A stretch of 64,000 nucleotides of DNA, taken from a virus. Positions 60,468 to 64,000 of this stretch are shown here, one piece after another. Made by a program: the position numbers and the translations under genes. The stretch lies in the IMG/VR virus record IMGVR_UViG_3300045988_151219, positions 74,124 through 138,123 of that record. The stretch is one strand, 5' to 3'. A model generated the notes under the pieces. That model searched no databases. It worked only from the letters and a program-made list of their open reading frames with translations, and was not told the DNA's origin. The number at the start of each line of letters is the position of its first letter. The first letter of the stretch is position 1.

Positions 60468-61022
60468 CTACCATTCATATAAAGTATATGATACAGTGAC
60501 CCCTTTTATACCTGTATTATTAAAATGTACTGTAGAATCAACTCTTCCGCACTGATAAGAAGCTGTCGGATAAACTTTTGAGTCTATAACAGAAACACCC
60601 GCTTTTATTTTGTGTACTTTTTTCAAATTTATTTTATATACGTTTACTTGCTTTTTATCTTCGTCCGGTGAAACTACCGTTTTATCAGATTTATCTGTCA
60701 TAACTTTAGGCAGATTAGGTGACTTCTTGTCTATATCTTTTGATATGTCTTTAGCTAATTGTTCAGTTGATTTTGCTTCTGTGTAGTATGTAAGAACAGG
60801 TTTTGCTTTACTTATCTCTTTTACTATCTGATAAGATGTGTTCTTGTCTACATTCAGTTTCTTTTCTATGACTTCTTCGTTCTTTATACCTTCCGCCGGT
60901 ATTATCTTAGATTTCTTTTCATTTTCTTTATGATAATACATATAACCCGAAAGGCATAAAATAAGACACATTGAAGCTATAAAGAAATAGAAAACTGTTT
61001 TCTCCTTAAATTCATATCTCAT
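60468..61022 (-). CDS. N-terminally membrane-anchored protein downstream of the endolysin (possible spanin-like lysis accessory)
   Basis: TM helix FYFFIASMCLILCLSGYMYY; the functional guess rests on position in the lysis cassette only. Confidence 0.35.
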   Translation of the reverse strand: MRYEFKEKTVFYFFIASMCLILCLSGYMYYHKENEKKSKIIPAEGIKNEEVIEKKLNVDKNTSYQIVKEISKAKPVLTYYTEAKSTEQLAKDISKDIDKKSPNLPKVMTDKSDKTVVSPDEDKKQVNVYKINLKKVHKIKAGVSVIDSKVYPTASYQCGRVDSTVHFNNTGIKGVTVSYTLYEW

Positions 61023-61601
61023 TTAATACTCCCACTCGTTAAAGTCTACCGCTGAAACTCCATATGCCGGCTTGTCTAAAGCATACTGCCACCCTACTAC
61101 ACGTAAAGAAGGATTTTCAATAGCAAAATCATTCTGGTTAGACGGGTCAGCTACCCAATAAGGAACATAATCAGCTAAATCATAACACTGTACTTGGTTA
61201 GACAATGTATAATATGTTCCATAAATTCCTGCTGAAAATCCATTTTCATTACATCTTACTACAAAAGCTGAACAGCAAGCAGTTAAAATATCTGAATCTA
61301 ATGAGTCAGCATGTTCAGGCTCTACATCATACCATATACCTAATTCAGGTTCTCCTAATTCATAAAGCTCATCTATAACGGTTTGAGCTTCTTGAACCGC
61401 TCGGTCTTCATGAGGAGCGTGTGTTAAACAATATACTCCCCACGGAATACCTAATTCTTTGGCTTTTGCAATATGTGTACTATATAAATCTTGAAGAGAA
61501 CAACCTTCAGAAATCTTAACTATAAGTCCACGCATACCGTCTTCATATGCTTCGTCAAGGTCGATTCCTTCCTGCCAATCTGATATATCAATAACCTTCA
61601 C
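61023..61601 (-). CDS. GH25 muramidase (endolysin)
   Basis: MKVIDISDWQEGIDLDEAYEDGMRGLIVKISEG ... GIWYDVE ... WVADPS ... WQYA pattern of GH25 lysozymes. Confidence 0.85.
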   Translation of the reverse strand: MKVIDISDWQEGIDLDEAYEDGMRGLIVKISEGCSLQDLYSTHIAKAKELGIPWGVYCLTHAPHEDRAVQEAQTVIDELYELGEPELGIWYDVEPEHADSLDSDILTACCSAFVVRCNENGFSAGIYGTYYTLSNQVQCYDLADYVPYWVADPSNQNDFAIENPSLRVVGWQYALDKPAYGVSAVDFNEWEY

Positions 61602-61604
61602 TTT

Positions 61605-62003
61605 TTAACTCCTTGTACTATTATTCTTAATTACAGTCTGTGCAGTCTCTGTTACTTTAGTAGCTACTCTTGCTGCTGGACTATTTGAATCAACGGATGA
61701 AATCTTTCCTTCTTCTATATTTCTTTCTACCATGTCAGGAATCCCATTATTATTTCCATCATGTAAGTATGTAGAAAGAAATCCCACTACTAAAGTCATG
61801 CCAATAAATGAGTTTATGAAATTTCTAAACTCTGTAAGCTTGGGTACTAAAGTATATAAGGCATCCAATATCCATGCAACAACATAAACTATAATCAGTA
61901 AAATAAACATCACAGCGAAAAAGTCTATTAATAGCATAGACTTCTGTGTTCTTCTTTTTCTTTTAAATATCCTTTTTATCTTTGCTAATATGGTCATTTT
62001 CAT
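61605..62003 (-). CDS. Holin-like two-TM protein
   Basis: Helices LLIDFFAVMFILLIIVYVVAWIL and FIGMTLVVGFLSTYL, a polar C-tail, and a position directly upstream of the endolysin. Confidence 0.5.
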   Translation of the reverse strand: MKMTILAKIKRIFKRKRRTQKSMLLIDFFAVMFILLIIVYVVAWILDALYTLVPKLTEFRNFINSFIGMTLVVGFLSTYLHDGNNNGIPDMVERNIEEGKISSVDSNSPAARVATKVTETAQTVIKNNSTRS

Positions 62004-62307
62004 ACTTTGTATAGATAATTGGTAAAGTGTCTATATCACGCATAATGCCTGTGATTACACCATTACCGCCTAAGTTATCATAAGACTTATAAAGTTTATT
62101 AACTACTTCTTTTTTGAGATATGAGATACCGTGTAAAGACATGCATTCTTCATGTACATTAATAATTTCAGACCTCAATAAGGCTACTAAGCCTTCTTTA
62201 ATTGATGTATACTGTGAGGATATATAGTGAATTTTTGCCCAAAACATACCACACAGAAAAACAATAAATACTTGTATCAGTTGACTAAGAATAGAATTAA
62301 AATCCAT
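61963..62307 (-). CDS. Single-TM protein of the lysis cassette
   Basis: N-terminal helix LIQVFIVFLCGMFWA; LYKSYDNLGGNG motif. Confidence 0.4.
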   Translation of the reverse strand: MDFNSILSQLIQVFIVFLCGMFWAKIHYISSQYTSIKEGLVALLRSEIINVHEECMSLHGISYLKKEVVNKLYKSYDNLGGNGVITGIMRDIDTLPIIYTKYENDHISKDKKDI

Positions 62308-62320
62308 AGTGCATATCCTT

Positions 62321-62977
62321 TTACTCTAATTCATCTGCCCATTGCGAAAGTTTACCTCGATAGTTCTTTTTAAGCTCACATTGTATAGCCCAATCTTTCT
62401 TTGTCATGTGCTTGATATAACGTTCAAAAGCATTATCGTTTTTACCTTCATAATTATCGTACTGTTTTGAATGTCCTATAAAAACACATTTTGAATTATC
62501 AGATATACGTGTAAGTATAAGTTTTAAATCAGATAATCTGCCGTTTTGAGCTTCGTCTATAATTACATAAGAGTTATCTATATTAATACCTCTCATAGAA
62601 ATATCAGTTAATATCTTGATAGAGTTTTCCATGATTAAGCTTTCAATATATTCCGGCTGTAATCCGCATGTTTCTAAAGCGTCATAGAAAGGTGCTGAAT
62701 ATATTGACTGCTTATCTTCTTCTGTACCAGGTAAGTATCCTAAACGTAAAGACCGGTCATCTGGTATTCTTATATAGTAAATCTTTGAAATCTTCCCTGT
62801 TAAAAATAAAGTTAATCCAGCTAATACTGATATAAAAGATTTACCGGTTCCTGCCTTAGCGTCTACTGCTATAAATAAGTGATTTTGTATACTGTCATAG
62901 AAATGTTTTTGGTAGGTGTCAAGCTTTGTATAGAGTCTTTGTAAATGTTTTTCTTCTATGGAAAAATCATAACTCAA
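62321..62977 (-). CDS. phoH: PhoH-like ATPase
   Basis: VDAKAGTGKSFISVLAG, LGYLPGTEEDK, MRGINIDNSYVIIDEAQN, LILTRIS...FIGHSKQYD. Confidence 0.8.
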   Translation of the reverse strand: MSYDFSIEEKHLQRLYTKLDTYQKHFYDSIQNHLFIAVDAKAGTGKSFISVLAGLTLFLTGKISKIYYIRIPDDRSLRLGYLPGTEEDKQSIYSAPFYDALETCGLQPEYIESLIMENSIKILTDISMRGINIDNSYVIIDEAQNGRLSDLKLILTRISDNSKCVFIGHSKQYDNYEGKNDNAFERYIKHMTKKDWAIQCELKKNYRGKLSQWADELE

Positions 62978-63004
62978 ATTTAACCACCTCTTATTTTTAT
63001 TTTC

Positions 63005-63346
63005 TTAGAAAAGTGAGTCGATGTCAGCTACTTCTGTTTTCTTAACCGTGACATTAGCTAAGTCTGTTTTCTTAGCGTAATCATCTGCATCAGTTAATTG
63101 TGCAACTGTACTCGGTACTGTAATATCAACTGCTTTAGAGTTAATAGCTACGTCTACTCCATTGACTTTTACTTTCTCTATTTTATTCACTTGAGCAGCG
63201 TCTTCTACTCCAGCTAATTTGTCTTTGTCTACGGTGGTGTAATCATTCGATGAAAGAACTTTGGCTCCGTCTTTCTGAACAAATTTATCTTTTATCTGGG
63301 TCGTATATGTCGTTAAACCTTCCAGCGTAAGTAACTTTTTAGTCAT
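63005..63346 (-). CDS. Tail-fibre-associated small protein
   Basis: GAKVLSSNDYTTVDKDKLAGVEDAAQVN resembles the GKxLSxNDxTxxxKxKLxGIexgA motif of phage fibres. Confidence 0.4.
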   Translation of the reverse strand: MTKKLLTLEGLTTYTTQIKDKFVQKDGAKVLSSNDYTTVDKDKLAGVEDAAQVNKIEKVKVNGVDVAINSKAVDITVPSTVAQLTDADDYAKKTDLANVTVKKTEVADIDSLF

Positions 63347-63361
63347 TATCTTATCTCCTTA

Positions 63362-64000
63362 TTAATTAAACAAAGCTAAGATTTCAGCATTTGAAATAAC
63401 TTCTGAAGGTTCAGCACTTATCATTATATCAGCTGTTCCATCAAAATCAATTCCATTAATCTTAACAGCTGTTTTTAATTTAGTAGCAGAAGTAGCATTA
63501 CCTACAACATCTCCTGTAAATGTTGACGCTGTTAAATGGTCGGCTGTAATGTCTCCGGTTACTGTTCCACCGGTCAAAGGTAACTTAGTATTATCAGCTA
63601 CTACTATATTAGCGGTACCATCAAAAGCTACTCCGTTAATAGTCCGTGGCGTTTCAAGCTTAGCAGCTTCTCCAGCTTTAGCTGCATTAGTAGCATTAGC
63701 TACCTGCGTTATAGTAATGTCGGCTGTACCATCAAAGGCTACTCCATTAATATTTCTTGCCGTCTTAAGTTTTAATGCTTCGTTAGCGGTGTCTGCTGTA
63801 GAAACTTCCGCCCCTATCTGTAAGAAGCTGTCAGAAGCTTGTATATAACGATATACTTTATTAGTATCCTCGACTACATAGATAACGCCTTCCTGCTTAT
63901 CAGAAAGTGCTGTTAAAGCAGCATAATTAGCTACGTTAATTACAGCATCTACATAAGACGGTAACTGGCTGGAAGGAACTTTTCCGGCAGCATCTAAAGA
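63362..64000 (-). CDS. Tail-fibre protein, C-terminal 212 codons (ORF continues beyond window end)
   Basis: Own translation is open from base 64000: SLDAAGKVPSSQLPSYVDAV...KLKTARNINGVAFDGTADITI...KLETPRTINGVAFDGTANIVV...KLKTAVKINGIDFDGTADIMI...ALFN*. It contains three copies of the fibre repeat K-L-x-T-x-x-x-I-N-G-x-x-F-D-G-T-A. The track shows only the last 71 aa. Confidence 0.8.
   Translation of the reverse strand, partial: SLDAAGKVPSSQLPSYVDAVINVANYAALTALSDKQEGVIYVVEDTNKVYRYIQASDSFLQIGAEVSTADTANEALKLKTARNINGVAFDGTADITITQVANATNAAKAGEAAKLETPRTINGVAFDGTANIVVADNTKLPLTGGTVTGDITADHLTASTFTGDVVGNATSATKLKTAVKINGIDFDGTADIMISAEPSEVISNAEILALFN

Noticed and set aside
1-64000. CRISPR arrays, integrase/transposase genes, rRNA
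   Set aside because: I saw no regularly spaced direct repeats, no tyrosine or serine recombinase or DDE motifs, and no rRNA-like conserved blocks on either strand. The only mobile elements supported are the two inteins.

Overview
This is an AT-rich (about 30% GC by eye) 64-kb stretch of a large, virulent-type dsDNA phage genome. Every supported gene (about 95 CDS and 3 tRNAs) is on the minus strand, and the plus-strand ORFs in the track look like antisense artefacts. Coding content, in order: (1) DNA methylation genes: MT-A70, NPPY and C5 methyltransferases plus a phage metK. (2) A full replication and recombination set: an intein-containing clamp loader, a beta-clamp-like protein, separate Toprim and Zn-finger primase pieces, a DnaB-type helicase, two family-A polymerases, an ATP ligase, FEN, and RecA-, RuvC-, Mre11/Rad50-, SNF2- and RecD/Dda-like proteins. 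(3) Nucleotide and base-excision-repair enzymes: a dUTPase fusion, a UDG-fold protein, Endo IV and a ThyX-like protein. (4) Two sigma-like factors. (5) An accessory island (28.8-38.4 kb) with tRNA-Leu/Ser/Ile, paralog families, two amber-interrupted ORFs and a YadA-type trimeric autotransporter adhesin. (6) A lysis cassette, PhoH and the start of the tail-fibre genes. Main observations: two inteins, one in the clamp-loader P-loop and one inside the Cys cluster of a giant radical-SAM protein; a Rad50/SbcC split into three ORFs at the zinc hook; seven perfect TTGACA-N17-TATAAT promoters with conserved spacers; a second TAGTATAATATA motif class; a structured metK leader with an anti-SD; and an ~850-nt ORF-poor, locally GC-rich (~50%) region ending in a strong terminator, which is a candidate large ncRNA. 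The likely host is a low-GC diderm anaerobe such as Fusobacterium; this is inference only. All functional calls come from reading motifs by eye. No database search or RNA folding was run.
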